The translations under genes and the position numbers were made by a program. A stretch of DNA of 64,000 nucleotides. Source: Ruminococcaceae bacterium UBA3903 (GTDB taxonomy: Bacteria > Bacillota > Clostridia > Oscillospirales > Acutalibacteraceae). The notes beneath the pieces are model-generated. The model saw only the letters and a program-made list of their open reading frames with translations, was not told where the DNA came from and searched no databases. The number at the start of each line of letters is the position of its first letter. Positions within the stretch are counted from its first letter, which is position 1. This document shows, one piece after another, positions 1-10,204 of this stretch. The DNA lies in NCBI GenBank assembly GCA_002391625.1, contig DGFJ01000007.1, positions 5,900 to 69,899 on the forward strand, in the 5' to 3' direction.

Positions 1-559
1 CAATAGCTTCTTTAAGCTCTGCAACTTCTTCGTCTAATTTGTCAAGTGCACCATCAACACTGTCCCAATCAAAACCAATTTTTGACGCTTTTTGTTGAAT
101 TTTTTGGCTTCTCATTAATGACGGTAATGCTTTTGAAACACTGTCCATAGCCTGTGCTTGAGTTGACTGGGATTTAGTTTTCATTTTAATATCATCCCAG
201 TTTTTTAGCACCTTATCAGTAGTATCTGCTATAACATTTGAAAATACATGTGGATGGCGAATAATTAATTTTTTACAAATGCCGTCAGCTACATCATTAA
301 TATCAAAAGAGTTATTTTCACTTTCTATTTCAGCATGAAAAACAACCTGTAACAACACATCGCCCAGCTCTTCCTGCAAAAGCTTGGCATCGCCATTGTC
401 TATTGCTTCTACTACTTCATATGTTTCCTCTATAAAATTTTGTCTTATAGATTTGTGTGTCTGCTCAATATCCCAAGGACAACCACCAGGTGCTCGTAAA
501 AGCTTCATAATGGCAACTAGATCATTAAAGGTATATTGTTCTTTTTCCTGAAAATTCAT
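1..559 (-). CDS. mazG: Nucleoside triphosphate pyrophosphohydrolase MazG (N-terminal part; the gene runs off the left edge of the window)
   Basis: I translated the minus strand from the ATG at 559-557, which follows a GGAGGTG RBS: MNFQEKEQYTFNDLVAIMKLLRAPGGCPWDIEQTHKSIRQNFIEETYEVVEAI... This carries the CPWD / EETYE MazG signature. The frame stays open to position 1, so it is absent from the ORF track. Confidence 0.85.
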   Translation of the reverse strand, partial: MNFQEKEQYTFNDLVAIMKLLRAPGGCPWDIEQTHKSIRQNFIEETYEVVEAIDNGDAKLLQEELGDVLLQVVFHAEIESENNSFDINDVADGICKKLIIRHPHVFSNVIADTTDKVLKNWDDIKMKTKSQSTQAQAMDSVSKALPSLMRSQKIQQKASKIGFDWDSVDGALDKLDEEVAELKEAI

Positions 560-609
560 TATGAAAGTCACCTCCAAATATTAACAGTTAAAATGACTTG
601 AAGACCATT

Positions 610-2556
610 TTACCTTATTAAGTGACGTTTTTCAAGTACTTTTGCAATTTTATTTCCTTTAGGCAACATTTGTATATCCTCTTTTGAAATACCTCTTGTT
701 AAGAATAATACCATAATATACACTATTCCTGCAACAAGTATTGCAAAAACAGTTGAAATTTTACTAGGAATTATTTTTGATGCTAAACCGTAGCCCGCCC
801 ATGCGGCGGCGGCACAACAAACAGCAGATATCAGTGGCTTAACCAGTATTTTTGCAAAATTTGGAAGTATTTTCGTTTCCTTGCACAAGAAATATAAACC
901 TACAACAGTTATAAATAAATAACCCACTAATGAGCCAACTGTAGCACCCTGTATGTTAATAGAAGGTATTCCCACCAAAGTATAGTTAAGTATTATTTTT
1001 ATTATCATACCCACGGTTAGTAGCTTTAAAGGTAAATCCATACGTCCAACTGCTTGTAGCATACTGCATATTGGTGTGCTGGTTGCAATGAATATAACTG
1101 ATATACCCATAACCTGTAATACGCCTGATGCTATTTGTATTTCGTCAGGCTTGTTATATATCAAAGATAAAATAGGTGTAGCCAATACAGACATACCAAG
1201 ACCTGCAGGTAAGGTAAAAAGCATAGTAGAGCGTAAAACAGTTTCTATACCTTTTTTTAGTTGTCCCTTATCACGAGCTGTCCAGGCTGTTGTAATAGAC
1301 GGCAATGCGCTAGTACCAAATACTTGGGTAACAGCAGTAATTAACATCATTAGAGTTAAGGCATATCCATAGCAGCCAAATAAATACGTTTGTATGCTGT
1401 AGTCACCGGCGGAATCTGTGGCAAATCTGCTTGCATCTAAAAAGCCATAAATATTCTGTAATATTTGTGGGTCATTATTCATTATATCCAGTATTCTAGT
1501 TTGCACCAATATAGAATCTATATTGCCAGAAATACTCATTACAATAGCACCTAAACCAATAGGTATAGCCGTAGTAGCCAGCTGTTTAATAAGGGATTTT
1601 CCTGACCTAGCTGGTGGAGATGTGGCTAAATCAAGTCTTGTAATACCATCACCTTTAAATTTATATCTTAAAAGTAAAAATATAAATCCAAAGAATGAGC
1701 CTAACGCTATACCCATAAATGCGGCAGCTACAGTATAACCCATTAACAATGAATTAAAGGTTTCGTAATCGGCTATAGCTTCACCTAATATAGTACCATA
1801 TGTGTTAAATTCTGCTGTACACATATTGTTTACAAAATATGCCAAACATAAACCAACAAAAAGCTTACCTGCCGCTTCAATAATTTCTGATATAGCAGTA
1901 GGGGTCATATTTCTAAGACCCTCAAAGTAGCCTCTGTATATAGACATTAAACAGCCAAATAAAATGGTAGGTGCCAACATAATAATAGCATAAATGGTGT
2001 TTTGTGAATTAATTACCTGTACAAACAGAAAGCCACCAGCTATCATGGCGACAAAACATAAAATACCACTGGTTATAAAAAACGGTATTGAAATTCTGTG
2101 TATTTTTTTTATATCATTATATCGGTGCTGTGCTACGCTTTCAGATACCATACGAGATATAGCAATGGGAAAACCTGCCGTTGCCAACATAAATAAAGGG
2201 TTGTACAATTCATAGGCATTGTTAAACATACCATAGCCTACACCGTCCACGATATTAGCAAAAAGTATCTTGTATATCATACCCATGATTTTTACTATTA
2301 CCATGCTCATACCAAGTATCATAGCACCTTGTATAAATGACTGTTTTTTAACAGTTGTTTTCTTTTTGGCCGCCTGTGAAATATCTATAAATGCTTCATC
2401 ACTAGTTTGAGATGTATTTTTTTTAATTTCTTCGTTTTGAAGTGTAGAATTCTGCTGTCTTCGTTTTTTTATAAATTCTGGTTCTTCCTTTGTATATCTG
2501 TTTTGTTTCTTACTTTTACTGTAACGCTTATTACTATTATTAAAGAAATTTGCCAC
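610..2556 (-). CDS. MOP-superfamily polysaccharide / lipid II flippase-like membrane protein (YabM/SpoVB/MurJ-like)
   Basis: A 648-aa polytopic membrane protein with many hydrophobic spans. It lies directly upstream of mazG, as B. subtilis yabM lies upstream of yabN. It uses a GTG start and has a Lys/Gln-rich N-terminal extension of about 70 aa. Confidence 0.75.
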   Translation of the reverse strand: MANFFNNSNKRYSKSKKQNRYTKEEPEFIKKRRQQNSTLQNEEIKKNTSQTSDEAFIDISQAAKKKTTVKKQSFIQGAMILGMSMVIVKIMGMIYKILFANIVDGVGYGMFNNAYELYNPLFMLATAGFPIAISRMVSESVAQHRYNDIKKIHRISIPFFITSGILCFVAMIAGGFLFVQVINSQNTIYAIIMLAPTILFGCLMSIYRGYFEGLRNMTPTAISEIIEAAGKLFVGLCLAYFVNNMCTAEFNTYGTILGEAIADYETFNSLLMGYTVAAAFMGIALGSFFGFIFLLLRYKFKGDGITRLDLATSPPARSGKSLIKQLATTAIPIGLGAIVMSISGNIDSILVQTRILDIMNNDPQILQNIYGFLDASRFATDSAGDYSIQTYLFGCYGYALTLMMLITAVTQVFGTSALPSITTAWTARDKGQLKKGIETVLRSTMLFTLPAGLGMSVLATPILSLIYNKPDEIQIASGVLQVMGISVIFIATSTPICSMLQAVGRMDLPLKLLTVGMIIKIILNYTLVGIPSINIQGATVGSLVGYLFITVVGLYFLCKETKILPNFAKILVKPLISAVCCAAAAWAGYGLASKIIPSKISTVFAILVAGIVYIMVLFLTRGISKEDIQMLPKGNKIAKVLEKRHLIR

Positions 2557-2586
2557 CTAGACACCGTCCTTTATCACAAAAATACA

Positions 2587-2609
2587 GGCGGGAATACCCG
2601 CCTTTTTTT
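2587..2609. terminator. Rho-independent terminator (bidirectional in appearance) after the zinc-ribbon gene
   Basis: The GGCGGG-AATA-CCCGCC hairpin is followed by T7 on the plus strand and by UGUAUUUUUG on the minus strand. Confidence 0.7.
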
Positions 2610-2648
2610 ATTTGTACTTAATGAAATACAATATTAAGCTATTACAGA

Positions 2649-3257
2649 TTAATTGTCAAATTCTTTGTCAAAAAAATCCTTGGCATCATTTTTAATATCC
2701 TTAGCTGTTTCTTCGACCTCATCAAAAACCTCACCAATATTTTCCTTTAGGTCAACGGCTTTTCCGGCAATATCGTCCTTGATTTCTTCAGCTGCTTTTG
2801 TACAGCAAAAATCATCGTCCTTGGATTTTGCTTCATCCTCCACATCAAAGGCCATGTCGTTAACAGAGGTTTCTACATTTTGGGGCTTTTCCTCATCCAT
2901 TTCTAATCTGGCACCACATTTTGAACAGAAAGAAGCTGATTTCTCGTTTTCTCCACCACACTGCTTACAAATCTTTTTGTTTTTAGCAGCAATAATCATT
3001 TTTTGAGTTGCCTGATAATTGTCTTCCAAATCAGCTAACTCCTGTATCTTTTCCTTCATAATATCATGGTCTAAGTTACCTGTTTTAGAGCTTTCAAAAA
3101 CATAATCACCCAATGCTTCTTTTTTCTTGGAAATTTCGCTGCATAAACCTGCGGCCGCGTACTTTAATTTTGATAAATCTACAATCTGCTCTGCTTTTTT
3201 TCCAACAGCAGAAGCAGCTGATTTAGCATTAACTACTACATCGTCAAATAGACTCAT
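2649..3257 (-). CDS. Zinc-ribbon domain protein with coiled-coil N-terminus and acidic C-terminal tail (function unknown)
   Basis: CKQCGGENEKSASFCSKCGARL contains two CxxC pairs. The AAGGAG RBS spacing fits the second ATG (MSLFDD...), so I moved the start from 3266 to 3257. Confidence 0.6.
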   Translation of the reverse strand: MSLFDDVVVNAKSAASAVGKKAEQIVDLSKLKYAAAGLCSEISKKKEALGDYVFESSKTGNLDHDIMKEKIQELADLEDNYQATQKMIIAAKNKKICKQCGGENEKSASFCSKCGARLEMDEEKPQNVETSVNDMAFDVEDEAKSKDDDFCCTKAAEEIKDDIAGKAVDLKENIGEVFDEVEETAKDIKNDAKDFFDKEFDN

Positions 3258-3340
3258 ATATAACATCTCCTTATGGCTGTTGCCATTTTTTTATATTATA
3301 ACACCAGTTATATTCATATTCAACCAAATCCTATACAAAT

Positions 3341-4822
3341 TCAACGAAATATTTTCTCGTAAAACGGTTCATATGCCGATTTACGTTTAATCATTTCTTC
3401 AAACTGATTAATATATTCATATGGATATTTATAGTTAAATATTCGCTCTAAATAGTTTGTGTTTGGATTTTTAAGTTTTGTTACAGCACCTGCTCCACAT
3501 CCAAATATTGTGTGGGTTTCGTCCATAACAAAAACATTATACAATCCATCATAACCTTTTTTAGCATAACCAATATTTTCTAAATTGCCAACCATCCTGC
3601 TTTGTCTATATAGATAATACGGTCTGTATTCACATCTTGAAAGCTCAAGCTTACAACGAACGTGCATTTTAGCGGCATTTTCAGCATCTTTTTTGTATAG
3701 GCTCATACCCTGCGTTGTTAAATCAGATGCCTTTTTCATAGATAATGTATGAATAGTAATGCTTTCGGGGTCAAGCCGAATAATTTGGTCTAATGTATTA
3801 CAGAAGCTTTCGTAGGACTCGGTTGGTAAACCAGCTATTAAATCCATATTAATGTGTTTAAAACCTACCTGACGAGCCAATTGATACGCCTCTATTGTTT
3901 CCTGTGCCGTATGCTTTCTGCCTATTAGCTCTAATATGTCATCGTTAAGTGTCTGCGGATTGATACTGATTCTATCAGCACCGCCCTCTAATATTGCCTT
4001 TAGCTTTGCCTCGGTTATTGTATCTGGACGACCAGCCTCAACGGTAAACTCTCTGCAAGTAGACATATCAAAGCTATTATTAATAGTTGACAATAGTTTT
4101 GTCAATAAATAGGGCTCTAAGGTTGTTGGTGTGCCACCACCTATGTACACTGTTTCTAAACGAAGTCCAAGCTTTTTAACAATATCCGCTGTACTTTTTA
4201 TTTCTGTACATAAAAGCTCAACATACGGTTCAATAAGTTTTTTTGCTCGTTCAATGGACTGGGACACAAAAGAACAATAGCTGCAGCGTGAAGGGCAAAA
4301 TGGTATAGAAACGTATAAGCTAAATGACCTATCCTGAGATAAGTCTAATATTGCTTTTTCGTTTTCCTCCGTTGCAATAGCTAGATTAGCCTTTTCCTCC
4401 GTAACAAGAAATTTTTCTATATAGTGGCTGCGTGCATTTTCAAAGCCCATCTCGTCTGTTAATGCTCTAAAAAGCTTTATTGGACGAACTCCAGTTAGAA
4501 TGCCCCACGGCGGTGTATGACCTGTGTATTCTTGTAATAAATAAAAAATCAAAGTTGCAAGCACTCGCTCACATTCATTATCATAGTTGCTTATATTTGT
4601 ACTTACCTTTTCTGTTCTGCTACCAAAATAATCGCATATTTTAGCTGTTGCTGTTATAGCTACAAAATCATTTTCCACATTGGACAGGGACGTAATGACA
4701 CAAGGTGAAATAAAGTTAGCCTGTTCATCTCTACATACTTCTATTTTATCATTTGGAAAGAACAGGCGTATTAAATTTTCCATTTCATAATGAAATGTAT
4801 GATTGATAATATATAGCTTCAT
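3341..4822 (-). CDS. hemZ: Radical SAM coproporphyrinogen dehydrogenase-like protein HemZ
   Basis: Radical SAM motif CPSRCSYCSF. The 493-aa HemN-like body has the N-terminal extension typical of HemZ. Confidence 0.8.
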   Translation of the reverse strand: MKLYIINHTFHYEMENLIRLFFPNDKIEVCRDEQANFISPCVITSLSNVENDFVAITATAKICDYFGSRTEKVSTNISNYDNECERVLATLIFYLLQEYTGHTPPWGILTGVRPIKLFRALTDEMGFENARSHYIEKFLVTEEKANLAIATEENEKAILDLSQDRSFSLYVSIPFCPSRCSYCSFVSQSIERAKKLIEPYVELLCTEIKSTADIVKKLGLRLETVYIGGGTPTTLEPYLLTKLLSTINNSFDMSTCREFTVEAGRPDTITEAKLKAILEGGADRISINPQTLNDDILELIGRKHTAQETIEAYQLARQVGFKHINMDLIAGLPTESYESFCNTLDQIIRLDPESITIHTLSMKKASDLTTQGMSLYKKDAENAAKMHVRCKLELSRCEYRPYYLYRQSRMVGNLENIGYAKKGYDGLYNVFVMDETHTIFGCGAGAVTKLKNPNTNYLERIFNYKYPYEYINQFEEMIKRKSAYEPFYEKIFR

Positions 4823-5454
4823 TATAATACACCTAAATATGGATTATGTGATTTTTCATAATCTAACGTAGAGTTATCCCCATGTCCAGGATAAATAGTA
4901 TAGTTTTTAGTTAACTCAGAAATTTTATGCAGGGAGTGTTTCATTTCTGTGTCATTGCCAGTAGGAAAATCTGTACGTCCCATAGAACATTTCATTAACG
5001 TATCCCCTGTAAATATATTGTTATCAACAATATAACAACCGCTACCTTGTGTGTGACCAGGTGTGCTAACATAAGTGATTGAGCTATTGCCAAGTGGTAA
5101 TAGCTCATTGTTCTTTAGCAATATATCTGCATCAATAGGAGCTAAAGGCTGTGTCATTGTAAATTGGGATAGATTTAACTTCTTTTGTGTCAAAAAATCC
5201 TTTTCTTTTTCTCCAATGGCTATCTTAGCGTGGGTTAAAGCATATACCTTTAATACAAATCCAATATGGTCAAAATGCCCATGAGTAAGCAAAATATACT
5301 TTAGATTATTTTCGTGATTATTGGAAAGCTTTTGAAACAGCTCCATTGACTCATAGCCAGGGTCTATTAATGCTTGTTCACCAGTATCAGCATCAGTAAT
5401 CAGGTAACAATTTTCCATATAATCACCAAGAATAAATTTTTCAACCTTAATCAT
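4822..5454 (-). CDS. MBL-fold metallo-hydrolase (glyoxalase II-like)
   Basis: HGHFDH metal-binding motif in a 210-aa protein. It shares a 1-nt TAATG stop/start overlap with hemZ. Confidence 0.85.
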   Translation of the reverse strand: MIKVEKFILGDYMENCYLITDADTGEQALIDPGYESMELFQKLSNNHENNLKYILLTHGHFDHIGFVLKVYALTHAKIAIGEKEKDFLTQKKLNLSQFTMTQPLAPIDADILLKNNELLPLGNSSITYVSTPGHTQGSGCYIVDNNIFTGDTLMKCSMGRTDFPTGNDTEMKHSLHKISELTKNYTIYPGHGDNSTLDYEKSHNPYLGVL

Positions 5455-5909
5455 ACGGGTAACAACTCCTTAGAATTAAAAATCATAGTTACAGGACCGT
5501 CGTTAAGTAGGCTAACCTGCATATCAGCTCCAAAAACTCCCTTTTCTACTTTATGTACGCCATTATCCAGCATACATTGGCAAAAATATTCGTACAATGG
5601 GTTGGCTTTTTCAGGCTGTGCGGCTTTACCAAAATAAGGTCTGCGACCTTTTTTACATTCGCCACACAATGTAAAATTAGATATAACCAATACGTTTCCA
5701 CCAACATCGTCTAGCGACAGGTTCATTTTATCATTTTCATCACAAAAAATACGTAATGTTGCTAATTTAGCAGCCAATACCTCAGCGTCTATTTTTTCAT
5801 CATTATTGTCAACGCCCAATAATATTAAGAACCCCTTATCTATACTGCCAACAATATTATCATCAACAATAACCTTAGCATTTGCTACTCTTTGTATTAC
5901 AGCCTTCAT
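5451..5909 (-). CDS. dtd: D-aminoacyl-tRNA deacylase
   Basis: The MKAVIQRV... N-terminus and the 152-aa length fit Dtd. It lies immediately downstream of relA, as in Bacillus. Confidence 0.9.
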   Translation of the reverse strand: MKAVIQRVANAKVIVDDNIVGSIDKGFLILLGVDNNDEKIDAEVLAAKLATLRIFCDENDKMNLSLDDVGGNVLVISNFTLCGECKKGRRPYFGKAAQPEKANPLYEYFCQCMLDNGVHKVEKGVFGADMQVSLLNDGPVTMIFNSKELLPV

Positions 5910-5929
5910 TTATTATAACAATCCTTTCT

Positions 5930-8110
5930 TTACGTTCTGTTAATAGATTCTATACCATTAATAGCAGTCAATCTGTTGATAACGCCCTTTAAATGCTCCA
6001 TGCTGTTTACTGTAATGGTAAAGTGCATAACTGCCATACCATTTTTATTTTCACGAGAATTCATATTATGAATGAATATATGCATAGACGACAGCTGATT
6101 TGTTATATCAGCCAACAGACCTGTTCTATCTGTAGCAGTTATTATCAGCGTAGTTTTGTAGGACTCATTAATTTCTCCTGCCCAATGTGCTGAAACCCAA
6201 CGTGCAGGATCTTCACTGGTACTAATGTCCGATGGAACATTTTTACAGCATTTTTTGTGAATAGAAACGCCAAAGCCACGGGTAATAAATCCAATAATAT
6301 CGTCACCGGGCAATGGATTACAGCATTTTGACAATTTAATTAGCACATCATCAACCCCGTCGATAAGTACGCCACTATTAATTTTGGCTTTTCTAGGTTG
6401 ATTATCCACAATCATATCTGGAGTGATTTCCTTTTCAGGCTGTACATAATGCTTTACATATTCGTCCTTTATGCGAGGCATTAGCTTCCACAGCTGTATT
6501 CCCCCATAGCCTATAGCAGCATACAAGTCATCCATGGTAGTAAAATTTTTCTTCATGACAAGTGCAAAGAAATCTGCTAAATCCTTATCAGTAATTTTAA
6601 TGCTATTTCTGTGAAATTCTCTCTCTACTATACCCTTACCCTCTAAAATATTTTCTTCTCTGCATTCCTTTTTAAACCAAGACCGTATTTTACCTCTGGC
6701 TTCACTTGTTTTGACAATATTCAGCCAATCACGCTTTGGGCCACCACTGTCCTTTGCTGTTAGTATTTCTATTATTTCACCGGTAATTACCTTATGGTCA
6801 ATAGGGGCAATTTTACCATCTACCTTCGCACCAATCATGCTATTACCTACCGCAGAATGTATGGCATAGGCCATATCTATCACCGTTGCTCCCATTGGCA
6901 GGTTAATGACATCACCCTTTGGAGTAAATACAAATACCTCCTCTGGTGCCAGGTCTGTTTTTATATTTTTAATTATATCAGTTTCGTCCTCAAATTGATT
7001 TTCCAGCATCTGTCTAATCCACTGAACTTTTTCCCCCATCTTGTCAGTTTTATTAATACCCAGCTTATATTTCCAATGTGCTGCTATTCCATATTCAGCT
7101 GTATGGTGCATCTCCCAGGTTCGAATTTGCACTTCAAATGGGATACCCTCTTTACCTATAACTGTTGTGTGCAAGGACTGGTACATATTTGGTTTTGGCA
7201 TAGAAATATAGTCTTTGAATCTATTTGGCAATGGCTGAAAAAGGTCATGAACTATACCTAAAATGTTATAGCAATCATTTATTGTATTGACAATAACACG
7301 CACAGCAAAAATATCATATATTTGCTCTATGGTTTTTCCACGCATATATGTTTTCCTATATATTCCGTTTATGCTTTTTACCCTGCCCTCTAAGTAAATA
7401 TCATCTACTGTACCCTTGGCACGATTAACAATTGTATTTTTAATTTCATCTATAAAAATGGTACGCTCGTTTTCAGTAAGCTTTAGTGCTTGTTCGATTT
7501 CTTTATAGGCAACAGGGTCTAGGTACCGTAGCGAAAGGTCCTCCATCTCTTCCTTTACCGCTCTAATACCAAGACGATGTGCTATAGGTGCGAAAACCTC
7601 CATATTTTCTAAGGCTTTATCACGACGTTTTTGTTCACGCATACACTCTATTGTACGCATATTGTGTAATCTGTCAGCCAGCTTAATGATAATAACCCTA
7701 ATGTCATCGGCCATAGCAATAAGCATTTTTCTAATATTTTCAGCCTGTTGTACTTCTCGATTTAAGTATGGTATTTTTTTTAATTTTGTAACACCGTCAA
7801 TAAGATTGGCTATGCTGTCACCAAACTCCTTACGTATTTCATCTATGGATACGTTTGTATCTTCTACAACATCATGTAGCAATGCGGCTACAACAGACTC
7901 TGTATCCATACCTAAATCCACCAGTATGCAGGCAACAGAAGTAGGATGTAAAATATAGGGTACTCCTGACACACGACGTTGGTCACCATGTGCTTCCAAC
8001 GCTAGAGCGTAAGCTTTTTTTATAAGCTCAGTATCAAAATCTCTACCGCTTTTTTCTATCATATTCATCAGTTCATTAAAGTCCTGATAATGTACTATTG
8101 CTTTCCCCAT
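5930..8110 (-). CDS. relA: Bifunctional (p)ppGpp synthetase/hydrolase RelA/SpoT family
   Basis: A 726-aa protein with an HD hydrolase motif (LLHDVVEDT), a synthetase core (YISMPKPNMYQSLHTTV), and C-terminal regions in the positions of the TGS and ACT domains. Confidence 0.95.
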   Translation of the reverse strand: MGKAIVHYQDFNELMNMIEKSGRDFDTELIKKAYALALEAHGDQRRVSGVPYILHPTSVACILVDLGMDTESVVAALLHDVVEDTNVSIDEIRKEFGDSIANLIDGVTKLKKIPYLNREVQQAENIRKMLIAMADDIRVIIIKLADRLHNMRTIECMREQKRRDKALENMEVFAPIAHRLGIRAVKEEMEDLSLRYLDPVAYKEIEQALKLTENERTIFIDEIKNTIVNRAKGTVDDIYLEGRVKSINGIYRKTYMRGKTIEQIYDIFAVRVIVNTINDCYNILGIVHDLFQPLPNRFKDYISMPKPNMYQSLHTTVIGKEGIPFEVQIRTWEMHHTAEYGIAAHWKYKLGINKTDKMGEKVQWIRQMLENQFEDETDIIKNIKTDLAPEEVFVFTPKGDVINLPMGATVIDMAYAIHSAVGNSMIGAKVDGKIAPIDHKVITGEIIEILTAKDSGGPKRDWLNIVKTSEARGKIRSWFKKECREENILEGKGIVEREFHRNSIKITDKDLADFFALVMKKNFTTMDDLYAAIGYGGIQLWKLMPRIKDEYVKHYVQPEKEITPDMIVDNQPRKAKINSGVLIDGVDDVLIKLSKCCNPLPGDDIIGFITRGFGVSIHKKCCKNVPSDISTSEDPARWVSAHWAGEINESYKTTLIITATDRTGLLADITNQLSSMHIFIHNMNSRENKNGMAVMHFTITVNSMEHLKGVINRLTAINGIESINRT

Positions 8111-8141
8111 AAACTACAACCCCTTCTATTTAATTAAAAAA

Positions 8142-10181
8142 TCATTTTACCAATTTTTTAATTATCTCCGCACTTTGCAAATCCACCTTACCCTCAAACG
8201 GTAATAGCTTTATTAACATTTTACCCGAATTTTCCTTTAATTCTATTAAGGACAGCTCACTCATGGCATATAAAATAGTCATTAGCTTTCCATATGTAAG
8301 CTTTGTATTATTAAGCCTAGTGTATAAAACGCTGGCAGAGTAATGCCACCCGTCATGCTGCCGTAAAAAACGAAAAACTGAGGCAAATTCATCTCTAATT
8401 GGTAATAGGCTTTGACGCTGTATATCATTAATATCCTCGCCACGAACCAAAGCTTCAAAATCCCATAGGCTCTCTATGATTTTATCCATTTTCTGAGAAG
8501 TAAACTTTATATCTCTAAGTATAATAGATAGCGTGGTCTTTCCGTTGTAAACATTGACATCTATAGTAACGGCTAAATCCAACACATCACCCATAATATA
8601 CGGAAAGTCATCCTTTGCTGTACCAAACATCAAGGCTTCAATAGTGGTATCACCTCGTGTAAACACCAGTCGCAAATGTTTACCGCCACCTATAGGAATA
8701 ATACTTTTAAGCGTCATATTATATAAACCAAACAGCGGTGTGGGATTGCCAGCACCAAATGGTTCTAGTGCGGTTAATTGCTGTGCCATATCAACAGATA
8801 AAGCAGAAGGATTTAGCTTACAATCTATTTCTAAAACTGGCAGCGGCATTTTTCCTAAGCCTTTAGCATATTGGTTAATTCTAATAGTAAATTCATTTAT
8901 GTTTTCTTTATCAAGGCTAAGTCCCGCTGCCATAGGATGCCCACCAAAATGTGACAATAGATCAGAACAGCTAGTAATAGCATCTATCAAAGAAAAACCC
9001 TTTATACTTCTGCCCGAACCTTTAGCACCGTTTTCATCCCAAGTAATAACTATAACAGGCTTACCGTATATTTCCTTTAATCTGGATGCCACTATTCCTA
9101 TTACACCTGCATGCCAATTTTCACCGCTTATTACTATTATTCGTTGTGCCTTAATAGTGGGATTATCCTGTATATAGCTTTTTATCTTTTCTAAAATTTC
9201 TCGTTCAATGTCTTGTCGCAGGCGGTTATCTTCACCTAATTCAGCCGCAATTTCCTTAGCAACAGCAGCATCCTCTGTCAGTAAAAGCTTAACAGATTTT
9301 TCTGACAATCCAAGTCTGCCACAGGCGTTTATACGAGGAACTAAAGTAAAAGACAAGCGTCCAGCAGAAATTTTGTTACCCTTTAAGCCTGCATCATCTA
9401 ACAGTTCCTTTATCCCTAATCTTTCAAGGTTATTTATTGACTGTAATCCATATTTAACAATTATTCTGTTTTCTCCTGTTAAAGATACTATATCACCTAT
9501 AGTACCCATTGCGGTTATATCAGAATATTTTTTTAGAAGTAAATCTACATCAAGATTCTCATCCTCTAGTGCCATTAGTAGCTTAAATACTACGCCAACA
9601 CCAGATAATTCCTTAAATGGATAATCACAATCTGGTCTGTGTGGGTTAACAACTGCTACAGCATTAGGCAGTACAGCAGGTGTTCTGTGATGGTCTGTTA
9701 TAACAGTATCTATACCTAGTTCATTGGCATAATCTATTTCCAAAATGGCTGAAACACCGTTGTCAACAGTTATAATCAGTTTCACTTCATATTCATTAAT
9801 TTTGTCAATAGCACAAGTATTTAGTCCATAACCCTCGCTGTCACGTGACGGTATATAGTACATTACATCAGCACCAACACCATCTAAATATGAGTATAGC
9901 AAGGCTGTAGATGTTACACCATCAGCATCATAATCACCATAAATACAGATTTTTTCACCATCATTTAAAGCTTTATTTATCCTGTTCACAGCTTTTTCCA
10001 TATCAGTCATAAGGTATGGGTCAATAAGCTCATTGTCATCAGATAAAAATTGATATATAGACTCTTCCGATGTTATACCACGGATATCCAACAGCATAGC
10101 TATAATTGGCGGAACATCAAAGGAAGCCGATATTTCCTTTGCTTTGTCCTTATTAAGTTTTAAGACACTCCAATTTTTCAT
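8142..10181 (-). CDS. recJ: Single-stranded-DNA-specific exonuclease RecJ
   Basis: DHH motifs (YGDYDADG, ITDHH) and the DHHA1 motif GGHPMAAG. Confidence 0.9.
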   Translation of the reverse strand: MKNWSVLKLNKDKAKEISASFDVPPIIAMLLDIRGITSEESIYQFLSDDNELIDPYLMTDMEKAVNRINKALNDGEKICIYGDYDADGVTSTALLYSYLDGVGADVMYYIPSRDSEGYGLNTCAIDKINEYEVKLIITVDNGVSAILEIDYANELGIDTVITDHHRTPAVLPNAVAVVNPHRPDCDYPFKELSGVGVVFKLLMALEDENLDVDLLLKKYSDITAMGTIGDIVSLTGENRIIVKYGLQSINNLERLGIKELLDDAGLKGNKISAGRLSFTLVPRINACGRLGLSEKSVKLLLTEDAAVAKEIAAELGEDNRLRQDIEREILEKIKSYIQDNPTIKAQRIIVISGENWHAGVIGIVASRLKEIYGKPVIVITWDENGAKGSGRSIKGFSLIDAITSCSDLLSHFGGHPMAAGLSLDKENINEFTIRINQYAKGLGKMPLPVLEIDCKLNPSALSVDMAQQLTALEPFGAGNPTPLFGLYNMTLKSIIPIGGGKHLRLVFTRGDTTIEALMFGTAKDDFPYIMGDVLDLAVTIDVNVYNGKTTLSIILRDIKFTSQKMDKIIESLWDFEALVRGEDINDIQRQSLLPIRDEFASVFRFLRQHDGWHYSASVLYTRLNNTKLTYGKLMTILYAMSELSLIELKENSGKMLIKLLPFEGKVDLQSAEIIKKLVK

Positions 10182-10204
10182 ATAAAAAACCTACCGTTAA
10201 AATT

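Noticed and set aside
1076-2637. Plus-strand ORFs 1076-1372, 1523-1738, 1994-2215 and 2407-2637 inside or adjacent to the flippase gene
   Set aside because: They lie antisense within a long, well-supported minus-strand membrane-protein gene. Their translations are low-complexity mirror-frame products with no RBS or recognisable motifs.
8554-9624. Plus-strand ORFs of 207 aa and 138 aa antisense to recJ
   Set aside because: These are shadow ORFs of an AT-rich gene. They are Ser/Pro/Ile-rich nonsense-like sequences that fully overlap a confidently identified recJ.
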